Source: Enoplolaimus lenunculus
Lineage: Eukaryota
Direction of reading: 5' to 3'
Assembly (NCBI GenBank): GCA_030248215.1
Contig: JASANG010000245.1
Location: 124,001 to 188,000, forward strand
Length of the DNA stretch: 64,000 nt
A program made the position numbers and the translations under genes. The number at the start of each line of letters is the position of its first letter. The first letter of the stretch is position 1. A model generated the notes under the pieces. The model saw nothing but the letters and a program-made list of their open reading frames with translations, made no database searches and had not been told where the DNA came from. Shown here piece after piece: positions 23,369 to 36,059 of the stretch.

Positions 23369-26056
23369 ATGTTTCAAACAGGTGATTTATATTTGTTAAA
23401 TAAATTTCTATCGACATTCGGCTTGCACTTCTATAACTCGTACAGGTTGAACGTTAAAATACCCGAATCATTAGTGGCAAAAGTTGCCGTTGACCTGTAC
23501 GTCGTTAACGATTGATAAGCTGCCTACAGGTAACATGAAAATATTACTTAAATATTTGTTTTTCTTCGCCAGCATTTTCTGTGATCGTTCGAAATGTCAA
23601 TTTACCGCATCGAAAACAATTGTGTCTTAACGAGAATGGTTGGGTTTTGATTCAAATGTTTTATTCCTGTGTAATACGAAGGTTGCCTATCCGCGATTCG
23701 TTACTGATTTATATCCGGTATTGCAACTATGCGTTGAATTAAACGTTGATTTGTCTTGTTATCAAACGCTTGAGCGATAATGCAAGGTTATACTTAGGAA
23801 TGTACTTTCAAAACTTATGTATGCTTTAAAGTTTCGATCTCAACTTTATTTGGTCCTGGAGTCATTTATGCACTGCAGTTAGAGATAATTGACATTTATG
23901 AACCGGGTTTAGAGGCTCTATCTCTTACGGACTCTTATTAGGAATACGGACTGCTATTGATTGGGACTCAAAATGGTGACCCCCATCTTAATATTCGGAG
24001 TACTACAGTACACACATAGATGTGGGTAGTGGCACCGATAGGGTGGTACAAAATACCGCTGATGGAGCGAGGCCTATGCGACGGCATCAAGCAGATAACT
24101 TTAGTCTCGGGGGTGGTGTTTTGTTTTTGATGACATTTTGCATCGTACAGCTTCGAACGCGGATTCCAAATGGTGAAATGAATATTTGTAGCAGGAGACA
24201 TAGCGGCATGGCAAAGCAATGATTAAGTGCTTACGAAAACATCTAAGTCAAAACAAACGTTTTTCCTACTGCAAGGGACGGTTTGTTAATCTTGATATAT
24301 GTTTTCATGATGCCGCTAACCAACAACGGATTATACTTTGTTATTTAAAATTAAACTTTTCACCTTTGTTTTTCTATCCGGTTGTATCGGTGGTTCAATG
24401 AGTTAAATTGTTTAAATTATCAGTTACTTCCGTGTCGATGAATAGGCTTGCGGTTCACAGGTTAATACGGGACTTGGTGTAAACGATAACATCGAATTTT
24501 AACAATTTACAGGGTATTAATAGTGTCAAAAATGCAAAACGCTTTCCGTGAAGAAAAAACGTTGCGACGAAAGCTAAACAGTGTCTGTTTAATAATTGAG
24601 TGTCCAGCTGAAAATAGCTATTCGTTTCAGAATTTCTATGCTTGCGAAAAATTGTTCTGAAGGCTACATATGATATTAATATGAGATAATGAAAATAACA
24701 ATACTAATAATATGGCGGGAAATATAAATTTTGGCGGGAAAATTCAAGTTTTGGTGTGAAATTCAAATTTTGGGGGAAATTCAAATTTTGGCGGGTAAAT
24801 CCCGCGTTACGCTGAAGCTTAAGCTTAGGTTTACACTGGAGGCTGACTAATATTCTTAGACGCTACTGTTATACCCCAAAATTCAACATGTCAGTATAAT
24901 GAGCAAAACTTACTCAATTCAATTTTCTAAATTGTTATCTGTTCGTTAATGAGCTTATACTCAATATATAATTTTGACTAAAATATAAATTTGCTCGCGT
25001 TCAATCATCTCATCTTAAAAGCAAGTGTTTTAATTTAAATCCACAAACAAAGGCTGTTATACAAGTATAAGTAACATTCACTTAAAGCAACAGAGTCGTC
25101 GCGGTATGTGGGCTAAGAGGCTAAACCCCAAAGAGTTGTATGTAGAACTGGCTAGCAAGCGCTTACTATCCAGTAATTCTATTGGAAGCACATAAGAGAT
25201 ATCTCATCTTGAGTATCATATTTCAAGTTATTACAGTTTTGTCTTTTTAAGGTTTTAGTTTACAGTTCTGGCAAATTTTTCCAGATGCCGCAACGAAATA
25301 TTGTGTGCAAAGATTTATGACCAGACGCAAACTAGGGGTCGGAGCAGAGCGTCCACCACCCATCAGAAAATATTTCGTGACAAAATATGAATTAATATAT
25401 ACTGTCTTGTCTGTTCCTTGCAAATTTTTCATTTTGTGCCAACAAAAATTGAACTTCCCAATGAATTACTGCTGCAATCCGTAGGAATTTTCAAAACAAC
25501 GTCCGTGTAGCGAAAGGTTGATTTAGCGATGTAAACTAAAGACTTACGAGTCTGACGCACCATGCCGGAGCAGAAAAGACAGGCCCATAGCCAGCTCACC
25601 TTGCAAGGGGGAGCTAAAAAATTTTCAGGAGGGGCATTTGATGGTTTCAACGACTTTTACAAGCAACGTCAAAAATGTTCTAGCGGGGCCAAAAGCTTTT
25701 CATTCAGGGGGAGGCTGAGCCCCCCTGGCCCCCCGTGGCTACAGCCACGAGACAGGAGTGGGGAAGCTTATCGAACTCCACCATGAGGTCCTTCAAACTC
25801 GCGAACTTTGCTCGCGAGAAACCAGACGCAAAACTTTGGCGGGTTTCATTCAACCGGTTAGGGTGGTGGCGCCTCATTAGCGGTTGTGCCCCTCTAATGG
25901 GATGTACGGTGAGGCGGGCTGTTCCGACCCTGATAGCACACTTTTGACAAAGCACAACTTCATATAATTATTAATTTCAGATATTATTAGCCAAATTTAG
26001 TCAACAGTATAATTAATATAAAAACAGCCGAATCTCAGGCGGAAACAACGGAACCA

Positions 26057-26101
26057 ATGAAATCCTTTGGAGTTGCGTTATTTTCGATATTTTTCATTGC
26101 A
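26057..26101 (+). CDS. Prepropeptide exon 1 (signal peptide N/H region)
   Basis: ATG 26057; hydrophobic 15-mer; gtaagt donor at 26102; upstream acceptor-like atttcag ending at 25980. Confidence 0.72.
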
Positions 26102-28476
26102 GTAAGTTGCAACTGGTTAACAAGTGCTTGTAAAGGTAAACCTCGAGTAGACAACTACTGTAGTGACCCGAGTAAACAACTACTGTAGTGACCCGAGTAA
26201 ACAACTACTGTAGTGACCCGAGTAAACAACTACTGTAGTGACCCGAGTAAACAACTACTGTAGTGACCCGAGTAAACAACTACTGTAGTGACCCGAGTAA
26301 ACAACTACTGCAGTGACCCGAGTAAACGTAGTGACCCGGGTAAACAACTACTGTAGTGACCCGAGTAAACAACTACTGTAGTGACCCGAGTAAACAACTA
26401 CTGTAGTGACCCGAGCAAACAACTACTGTAGTGACCCGAGTAAACAACTACTGTAGTGACCCGAGTAAACAACTACTGTAGTGACCGGAGTAAACAACTA
26501 CTGTAGTGACCCGAGTAAACAACTACTGTAGTGACCCGAGTAAACAACTACTGTAGTGACCCGAGTTAACAACTACTGTAGTGACCCGAGTTAACAACTA
26601 CTGTAGTGACCCGAGGGAGAGGGGACTGATATTTTCCTTGTCCAGAGCGAATCTCTGCAATTTGGTCACGGACAGATATCTATATATCACTTGCCCGATT
26701 TTAGTTGGACCCAACACCGTTCGTTTTAGATATTCTTTCTTTGGGCAGAAACGAGTGCTTGCTCTGAAGCATTTTTTGTTGTTTAAACAAGATAGTTAAA
26801 TTTTTTCTGAATACAGGTTATGCTGGTTGAGCGTCTATTGCATATGAACAGTCTATTCGATTGTTCTACTTTAGGTTCCTTTATGGATTCTAATTAGGAC
26901 TGATGAGCTCTATCCGCAAACGGACTGTAATTAGGAGTACAGCGTTCTTTTTTATTGGAACTCTATATGGGGGCCATCTCCCCTCTTATAACCCCCTATA
27001 CGAAACATAATAGTACGTTTTAGCCTTTAAAAATTCATGGACCTACGAAACAGTTGTAGAAAAATCAGCTGTAGGTATCATTATATGTTTTCTTGAGTTG
27101 TATTTTTTCGCATGACTGTTTTGCTTTCAAAACATCAACAAATTACAATGATTTTGTTGCGTAATGGCGACGGCTCATGTATAGAACAGGGCCAGAACAG
27201 TAGTATACAGCATATTCCGAAGCCTAAGCCTAAAGCATAAGCCTATGCAAAATATTTAGTCTAAAGCTTAAACTGACTCTATTACAGCCCCTCCGGAAAG
27301 CGATCCAGCCCTTATACATGACCCATGGCGCCGATTCCGCTGAACCCTCAGGATTCCATCTCTGCGAGTGCGTAACCTCTTAATCCTTACGTGGATTTTA
27401 GTATCAACAATGTTCAGTAACATTAATTCACAAATTGGTCTTTGGTGTGAGCAACGCTAGACTATCGCCTAGCGCAATATATACACTCCTGTTTTTATTA
27501 CTGTAACAAAGAGTTAAACCGTTAGCAACCAACAGAAGATGGGCCCTTGGATCATTTGTTCCAACATTTACAGTTAAGGCTTAGACTCAGTCCAATAGCC
27601 TTAGCAAAAAGAACTCATGTACAGACAATAGGCAGTCCGTTTTCCGTGCGAGTGCTGTAGAATAAGCTTAATAAGCTTTAGACTAATTTTTTGGCTTTGG
27701 TTTTGGCTTGGGTTTAGATTTAGGTACAGGATTATCTTTACTCTTATTCCTAGACTATTAGGAATATGGTAATATTTACTGCTGTTTACCGATTTATACA
27801 GTTGACCGGAAAACGCTTACATTCAAAGGCTTATATAAGCTTAAGCTTTTACGCAAGCCTAAACCTAAACCGAAGCATACGGAGGAAAGTGTGCAAGCAC
27901 AATGAAGCTGCACTGCAAAAAAGGTGAGTTAAATTGACTCTCTCCGAAATAGGCTTATCTGGACTACACAAATTCACTCAAAATTCGACTCCGCCACAGT
28001 CAAACGTGTGACTCAGTGAATTAAATTTGACTCTAGCGGAGTCGAATTTTGACTCTGGCGGAGTCGAATTTTGACTCTGGCGGAGTCGAATTTTGACTCT
28101 GGCAGAGACCAATTTTGTGACTCAAATTGTGTAGTCTCGAAAAGCCTATTTCGATGAGAGTCAATTCGAGTCTTTGCAGTGTGTCTAAATATCATTTCAG
28201 ATTGCAACACAAGCGGCACCTTTGAACTCGTTGACCAGTCTACCGAAGGACGATGGCTCGGCAAGCGAAAGTGTAAACACACGTGTCGCCAGGTCTGTAT
28301 TCAGAAGCTTTTATCCAAGTTATACGAACGAATTGCTCGAAGCACCGGTAAGCAACATTAATAAACGTCCCTACAGGCCATTCTCGGGCGAAGATTCGGT
28401 GTCAAGCGTTTACTTTAAACGGCCATACAAACCTGCGTATTCGGCGAGACATTGGTGGCAAGTCGGCAGTTTTTGA
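26057..28476 (+). CDS. Putative secreted prepropeptide (neuropeptide/peptide-hormone-like precursor), 106 aa, exons 26057-26101 and 28201-28476
   Basis: Exon 1 runs ATG...GCA|gtaagt (MKSFGVALFSIFFIA, phase 0). Exon 2 follows atttcag (IATQAAPLNSL...RVARSVFRSFYPSY...NKRPYRPFSGEDSVSSVYFKRPYKPAYSARHWWQVGSF*). Splicing creates a canonical signal peptide ending TQA|AP. AATAAA at 28550-55. Confidence 0.75.
26143..26613. repeat. Minisatellite, 25-bp unit aactactgtagtgacccgagtaaac, 19 copies (one truncated)
   Basis: Direct reading; lies in the intron of the prepropeptide gene. Confidence 0.97.
28201..28476 (+). CDS. Prepropeptide exon 2 (pro-region and mature peptides)
   Basis: AG 28199-200; in frame with ORF 28222..28476; KR at 28363-68 and 28417-22. 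Confidence 0.75.
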   Translation: MATQAAPLNSLTSLPKDDGSASESVNTRVARSVFRSFYPSYTNELLEAPVSNINKRPYRPFSGEDSVSSVYFKRPYKPAYSARHWWQVGSF

Positions 28477-31400
28477 TGTGGACTAATGAATATCACAGCG
28501 TAGAAGTCGTATATGTTAAAACAATTTGTTTTGGGGCTTTTATGCTATAAATAAATCCCCGTTCAAAAATGTTAAAAATTATCTCGCCGGTTAATATTTG
28601 GGCCAATGTAAATAACACGGGCAGAACAGTATTATAAGCATATTTCTAAGCCTAAGTCTAAGCATAAGCCTAAGTGTAAGAAGGAGCATATTGTTAAGCC
28701 TAAGCCTAAACCTTAGCCTAAGCCTAAGCCAAGCAAAAATTAGTCTAAAGCTTAAGCTTACTCTATTGCAGTCCCACAGAAAAACGTTCCGCCCGTGATC
28801 TTTACATGGACCAAATATCTGTAAACTAAACAACGGTTTGTAGATATTCAAGAGTAAACAGGAATATCGTCAAATTCATTCTCGTATCTTGACTTAAATT
28901 AGCCAAGTAATAAAAGCGCCCCCTAATCACTGCTTATAAAGCATTTCTGTAACAAAGGTTAGCATGTTAACGTTTAAAACAAGGGTAGTGCTGATCTCTG
29001 TTCTTTGCTGGAAACAGCGGGCTGTGGTTAATTGGCGTAAATTGGCCAACTGTGTTACAGAAACATATTCGCAACTTTGGCCCATGTAAAGATCAGGGGC
29101 GCAACGTTTTTTTCTGTGGGACTGCAATAGAGTAAGCTTAAGCATTAGACTAATTTTTTAAGGTGCTTAGGCTTAAGAATATGCTTATAATACTGTTCCG
29201 CCGCTGTTCTTTACATTGGCCACAATTTTATACGCTTGGCAACTAAAGTTTCCAAATATTCATATTTATTCCAGTTGTTTGTGGCACTAAATTTGAAATA
29301 GGAAACCTGCTACGGAAGCGACAATCCAGTTTCATGAACCATGTTATTGGTAGACTCGACCAAGGTGCCCTTGTTTTTTAATATTAAACCAACTGAATTC
29401 AAGTTACGGATAGCAGTTCAATGTTGATTACGAATGTCACTTCGCATGCAGTGTCCAATATAAAGAACAGGGGCGGAATAGTATTATAAGCATATTCCTA
29501 AGCCTACGGTAGCGACCCGAATAAGAAGGGGGGCAATGAGGGCACCCTCTGGAGAGGCCAAATAAATATCAGTCTCTCCTCTTATTCGGGTCACTACAGT
29601 AAGCCTAAACCTTATACTAAGCGTATAAATTAGCATATTCCTAAGCCTTAGCCTAAGCCTAAGCCAAACAAAAAATTAGTCTAAAGCCAATGAGTACGCT
29701 ATTCTAGTTCCACAGAAAAACGTTCCGCCCCTGATCATTACATGGGCCCATGCAGTGATGGATCCAGAAATTTCTAACGATGGTGCAATATATAAATAAG
29801 AAACAGTGCTAAAACACTTAATATTGTATTACTGTTGTTGACATCCAAATAGGTGCCGCTCGCAGACGTACGTTAAAATATAGTATCCATACCGCCAAAA
29901 CAAGACTTGTAAAAGGAATCGATTCTAAGCCTAATCCTAAGCCTAAGTAAAAAATTGTCTAAAGCTACAGTTTTACTCTATTGCAGTCGCGCAGACAAAC
30001 GTTCCACCCCTGATATTTCCGTGGACCGAATCGTCTACACACAAAAAATTGTGTCGACGGATGAACTTGGACCGCTTTAAAATAATGCCGGATATGTAAC
30101 CTTATTTTTCCATGAGTAATTGACCTCACCCCACCCCCAGCATATTTTATAAATTACAACAGCGTTCGGTACATCACAGTTCATTGCAATATTTACCGTT
30201 GCTGGGAACGAGTTGATCCTGTCAGATTCCCACGCCTACGCATATACTTTAGAATTTCCTAAAATTAACAAAACAATTTTTGCTAAATGAAACTTAATTA
30301 ACTCAACTTTATCTGACAACGACTTCGCTACAACAGCAACAACAACTTGAAATAATTTAAAAATAAAACGAACGGAAATGTTACGGACGTCTCTCGAAAT
30401 TGTTTGAAACGCTCATTTGACTAATTTTTGCTGTGATTTCAACTCGTAAGATCGAACTGACTCCACACAAAACTTTAACGTCGCGTTCATTGATGGATTG
30501 CATTTTCATTCATAAAAGCTTAAATTTGTACAATAAAATCAACCAATTATTTTGCGACACAAATTTAAAGTCATTGAATCGACTCTTTACTGTTTAATTT
30601 TGAGTCAATTAATAATTCATATTATTGTTTCATCGGAAGGTGTCTTCACATAAGTGTTTCTGAGTACATAGTATTGGCCAATGTTACTTGCCTAAGCCTA
30701 AGCCAAAGCCTAAGCCTAAGCCTAAGTAAGAGGCGTAACAGTAGATTAAGCGTATTCCTAAGCCTAAACCTAAGCCTAAGCGTTGCAAAAATGTTATTCC
30801 TAAGCCTAAGCCTAAGTCTAAAAGCCTAAGCAAAAAATGTAATCTAGAATCTAAAACTACTCTTTTATAGACCCGACAGAAACGTGGACACCTGTTAAAG
30901 TAACATGAGCCATATAATTTGAAGGATTTAAAGCTTTTGTTTCCATTTCAAAAGATAAAGTCTAATGGACCACGCTAAAATGTACCACAGAACGGTCAAT
31001 GAATACGAGTCGGTGTATTTGACCGCTGAACAACGTGAACTTTAATGGTTACAGAGAGCCGGCAGGCGCAGTAAAATGCGATTGAACCATGGGTTTCAGA
31101 AATTTTTATTTGAGTATACAAGGGGGGGGAACAGTCTTCATCGAATAGAAATGTATAACAGCAGCAAGTCATTTAAAATTGTTTTACAAGAAACTTACGA
31201 ACAAAGCTCAAATTAATATCCCGATGAAAATTAAATGGGACCAATGTTACTGTAAAGAACGTAACAGTAGATTAAGCTTGCTCCTAAGCCTAAGCCTAAG
31301 CCGAAGCATTGCAAAAATGATTTCCTAAGCCTAAGCCTAAGCGTTGCAAACATGAGTTCCTAAGCCTAAGCATAAGCCTGAGCCTATGCAAAAAATGTAA

Positions 31401-32408
31401 TCTAGAATCTAAACCTACTATTTTATAAAACCACCAAAAACCTGGACGCCCCTTAAACTGACATTTGTATCTAAGCTAAAAGTTAATTTAGTGTTTTTAG
31501 TTTTGAGTGAAATTAGTACAGGGGCAAAACAGTAGTATAAACACATTCCTAAGCTTAATCCTTATCTGCAAGAATTTCAAAGCTGGTTTGTGACCAAACT
31601 TGCACGCGCAAGTGGCACGTGCAAGTTTTTGCTGCAAAAACTTGCACTTGTGAATCGGACGGTAGCCAATGGGGGCGCAGGGTGGCTCAGCCCCCCTGGA
31701 ACAATTTAGGCCCCCTAGAACATTTTTAACCTTGCTTGTAAGTCATTCAAAACCTTTAAATGCCCCTCCTGAAATTTTTTACCCCACCTAGCAAGGTGAG
31801 CTGGCTACGGGTCTGGTGTCAGTAGTGTTTTATGATCTGCGCTTTAACTATAATACAATGTAGTCACAAGGTGAAAGGATATTTAGTTTTTGATTTTTTC
31901 CGTTTTTAATCAGTTAGTTTATTCTACACCGTGCCCTCTCATTCGAACAGTCTGCTAAATGAAAAATAAGGTTTTTGACCCTCTTGAGACCGCCAACAAA
32001 GAACTGTACATTGGAAGCATTGGTAGCTTAAAGCCTAAATGTAAGTCTAATCTGAGCAAAAAAAAATAGTCTAAAGCTTAAAAGCGTACTGTTTTGCAGC
32101 CTCTCACAAAAACGTTGCGCCTCTTATCTTTACTTGGGCCGATACAGTTATATAGAATAAATTTAAGTATATATAAACATTAAACTTCGCATACAATTGA
32201 GTCCAATTTAATATATTATCAGCGTCGAGAGGTGGTTGAAGAAATATGATTATTTTGATGAATTATGTGAGAAAATTCATATTTTTAATCTATTCAACTC
32301 GAGACACAAGAATAATATCTGCCGCTGATTGTTTTCATTTTGCCGATTAATTTTATCATAAACTCTCATGCGTTGTATATTTTTGATTTTACAACTCACT
32401 CTGCAGGT

Positions 32409-32573
32409 CATGCCCGTAGCCAGCTCACCTTGCTATAGCGGCTAAAATTTTTTCAGGACGAGCATTCAACGGTTTTTAATGACTTGCAAGCAAAGTTGAA
32501 AATTTTCTAGGGAGCGCCAAAATGTTTCCAGACGGGGCTGAGCCCCCCGTGGCCCACATTGGTTACGGGCCCG
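32409..32573. mobile_element. hAT-like MITE (also about 15325-15480, 16322-16476, 25580-25750, 31660-31815)
   Basis: TIR ca(g)gcccgtagcc / ggctacgggcctg; perfect 8-bp TSD ctgcaggt. Confidence 0.75.
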
Positions 32574-35500
32574 CTGCAGGTCAAAATTATGCTTTAGTTT
32601 CACAGGAACGGTTTGAAATAGTAGTATAAATAGAGCATGCGAAATTGCTCAAAAAACAATATTTTCGCGAAGTTAACCGCGTTCCGAGCGAAGATGCGCA
32701 CGGAAACTACGCGTTTCCTAATCTGTATTTCACATTTCTGGCAATAAATTGCGCTGTTCCAATGAACCATCCGATAAAGATTTGCCAATTTTAAAACCCA
32801 AAATTTTTGGTACCGCGCCGCGCCCCTCGAAGCAAAATTTATCCTGTACGAGACTGGCGAATTTTGTTCTGAATCGCGGCCCATGTATAGAACACGGCCG
32901 GATCGTTTTCCGGAGGGGCTATAATAGTCAGTTTAAGCTTTAGACTAATTTTTTTTTGCTTAGGCTTAGGCTTAGAAATAGGCTTATTCTACTGTTCCGG
33001 CCCTGTTCTATACATGGGCCTGAATAGCAATACAGTGAAGATGCGCTTCATCATTGTCACGTTATATAATGCGCGTAACAGTAGATTAAGCGTATTCCTA
33101 AGCCTAAGCCTAAAGCCTAAGCGTTGCAAAAATGTGCTCCTAAGCCTAAGCAAAAACACGTAATCTAGCATCTAAACTTACTCTTTTATAGACCCACCAG
33201 TTAACCTGGACGTCCCTTAAAGTACCATGGACTAACGTTTCAAACACAATTGACCGCTGTGTAACGGTTCCCTATAAACCCCCGTATTTGCATACAAAAC
33301 TAAACATCAATGTCTCTTCCAAGTATTCACATTTCTACCGATATAGCAATCGACTAGTACTGACTCTCAAGACGGAACAAGCCGAGAGAGTGACAGAAAA
33401 AACAACGAATTTTCATCACCGTTGTCAACCATCAAAGTTTGAAAAGGTTAACAAATAAAAATGTGTTTAAACTAACTTTCTCATAGCGTCGACGCCCGAC
33501 AATATAATTTTAGGAAGTTATCAAGGTCAAAAAGCGTGAAACACAGCGATAAGTTTACCGTTACCATCTCTATCAACAACACAATTGTGAAAGTGAAACA
33601 CATTAAAAGTGTTTCGCCATGGGTCGGTCTCCCTGTCTCGGTTTGGTGAGAACCGAGGGACGAATCGTCGGTGATCGATCCACCACCGTGGGTTGAGTCG
33701 GAAATTTTACAGTTTCGCTTCAACGACGCGGTCGGGATTAATCAAATAGAATTTCTCAGGCCCATGTATAGAACAGCGGCCGGATCGTTTTCCGGAGAAG
33801 CTGTAGTAGAGTCAGTGTAAGCTTTTTAGACTAACTTTTTTGTTTACGTTTTGGTTTAGGCATAGGGATAAGCTTATCTTTACGCTTAGGGTTAGGTTTA
33901 GGATTAGGAACATGTTTTATTCTACTGTTCCGGATCTGTTCTATACAAGGGCCGAATGTCTCGACAAAAATACGTTAAAACGTAAACAAATACTCGATGT
34001 TGGAAGCCAAACATACGTAGTTTGAGCTGAAGATTTGAACACACGGCGTATTCAATGTACGTATACAGGTGTAATTGTGGTAGAATATCATTGTGCGCAG
34101 TAGGCAGTTTGTAGTATGGGCCTATGGAAAGACCAAGAGCGGAACGTTTTTCTGCGGGACTGCTAAAGAATAATCTTAAAGGCTATTTTTTACTTATGCT
34201 TAGGTATAAGCTCATTTGTGACACAATTTATTGTTAGCAATACGGTCCAAGCCCAAAATAGGCTCTTGTACCATTTTTCGCACATTGGCGACTATGCTTA
34301 TGCTTAATAGGGTAACATTTTAGAAAAGGACTACCTATGCCTGATCCTTTGCTAAGTCCCAAGCCCTAAAACCTTTTAGCGGCGCAAACGGCTCTCGAGT
34401 GGTTATTCTCGCTGTTGCATTGTATAACTTTTGGGCCCAGGTAAAGATCAGGGTCGGATCGTTTTTCTGCGAGACTGCAATAGAGTAAGCTTAAGCTTTA
34501 GACTAATTTTTTGCTTCGTTTAGGCTTAGGCTTAGTAATAAACGCATTTTTACGCTTAGGCTGAGGCGTAGGCTTGGACTGCAATAAAGCTTAAGCTTTA
34601 GACTAATTTTTTGCTTCGTTTAGGATTCGGCTTAGTAATAAACGCATTCTTGCGCTTAGGCTCAGGCTTAGGCTTATGAATATGCTTATAATACTGTTCC
34701 GCCCCTGTTCTTTACATTGGCAAACTTTTGAAACCAAATTTGTCATAATAGAGACGATCCCATTTTGGTTGCGGTCATATAACAACTTAACCCGTAAAAA
34801 TGCAACCTTTGTGTTATTTTTTTGAAATTTGACGCTGCAAACGCAAAATTAATACTAAGTATTGCACCGCGCGCCAACAACAATTATTCTACAACTATAA
34901 CCTTTGACATTGACAAATATGTTGCCAATTTTATGCAGTTTGTGCAATTTTCCATCCGAAACATTAATATACAATCAGTCTGCGATATATCATTTCAACA
35001 CCTTTAGTGCATTGCTGATTTGCCAAATATAACTGTATCAGTAGTGTACGCAGGCATCACTCCAGGTGGTCGCGAGCTTTCGCCCAAGGTGGATAGTATA
35101 AACTACGATTACAGTTAATTACGCATTGATGTAGTCTAATTACCATTAATACCCTGCAACACTAGATGAAATTAGTAAAAAAAAATTGCTTCTAAAACGT
35201 CATACAATTAGGTAATTATTATATTAATTAGTACCATAATACGCTGGCGTGCCGGATAACTTGAAATCAAGGGACTCTGTATAAATAAAGTTGACTGAAA
35301 TATTGATTTTAAGACAAAACTGACAAATTAGCGATGGTTCACTGACGCAGTGTCCTTACCGAACACAACTGAGTCAAAATTAGTTGAGCCACAGCGCCTG
35401 TTGTCCCATCCTCCTCGGTGCACTCGTGCAGTAAATTGCAAACAACCTCAAACGGATTTTTGCGCTGTCTTTGAAAAAAATATTAAGATGTTTTGGCTTC

Positions 35501-35764
35501 AAAAAACACAGATTTGACAAAAACGCATTCATTGAGAGTAACAGATGGTGCGTATAGGTTGTTATTAAAGCGACTTTAAAATTACCTGCAACAATTATTT
35601 GAAAACAGTAATAATTGCTGTGTTAAACTTGCGTTTGTAACTAAATTACTTACGCAATCGCTTAAAATTCGCGAACGAAACGGCTTAAATTTGGGTGTGA
35701 ACCGAAACAGTGTAACACGAACGTCTACCAGCATAAGCGTGGCAGATTTGTTGTAGATTGCACA

Positions 35765-36059
35765 CACTAACGGATTCAGAGGGGGGCGGGGGCGTACGCC
35801 CCCCCGTCAGTGTTTTTTTATGTTAAAATGGTAAGGTCCATACCTGAATACAATGTTTTCGTCGGAAAATATTTTGTAAAAAAAGATATGGTCCCCAAAT
35901 TGTTCGCTCAGAAATTTGTTTGAGATATAATGATAACGTCTTTACCTTACAATTTTCCCCGTCACAAAATTTTTTGGTGATAAAATGATAAGGTTGTTAC
36001 CTTACAATTTTTGCGTTTCATAAGATTTGCCGCTCCAGAAATTCATGGAGCCGCCGCTG
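35765..36059. mobile_element. hAT-like MITE, different family
   Basis: CA...TG ends, TSD attgcaca/atcgcaca. Confidence 0.55.
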
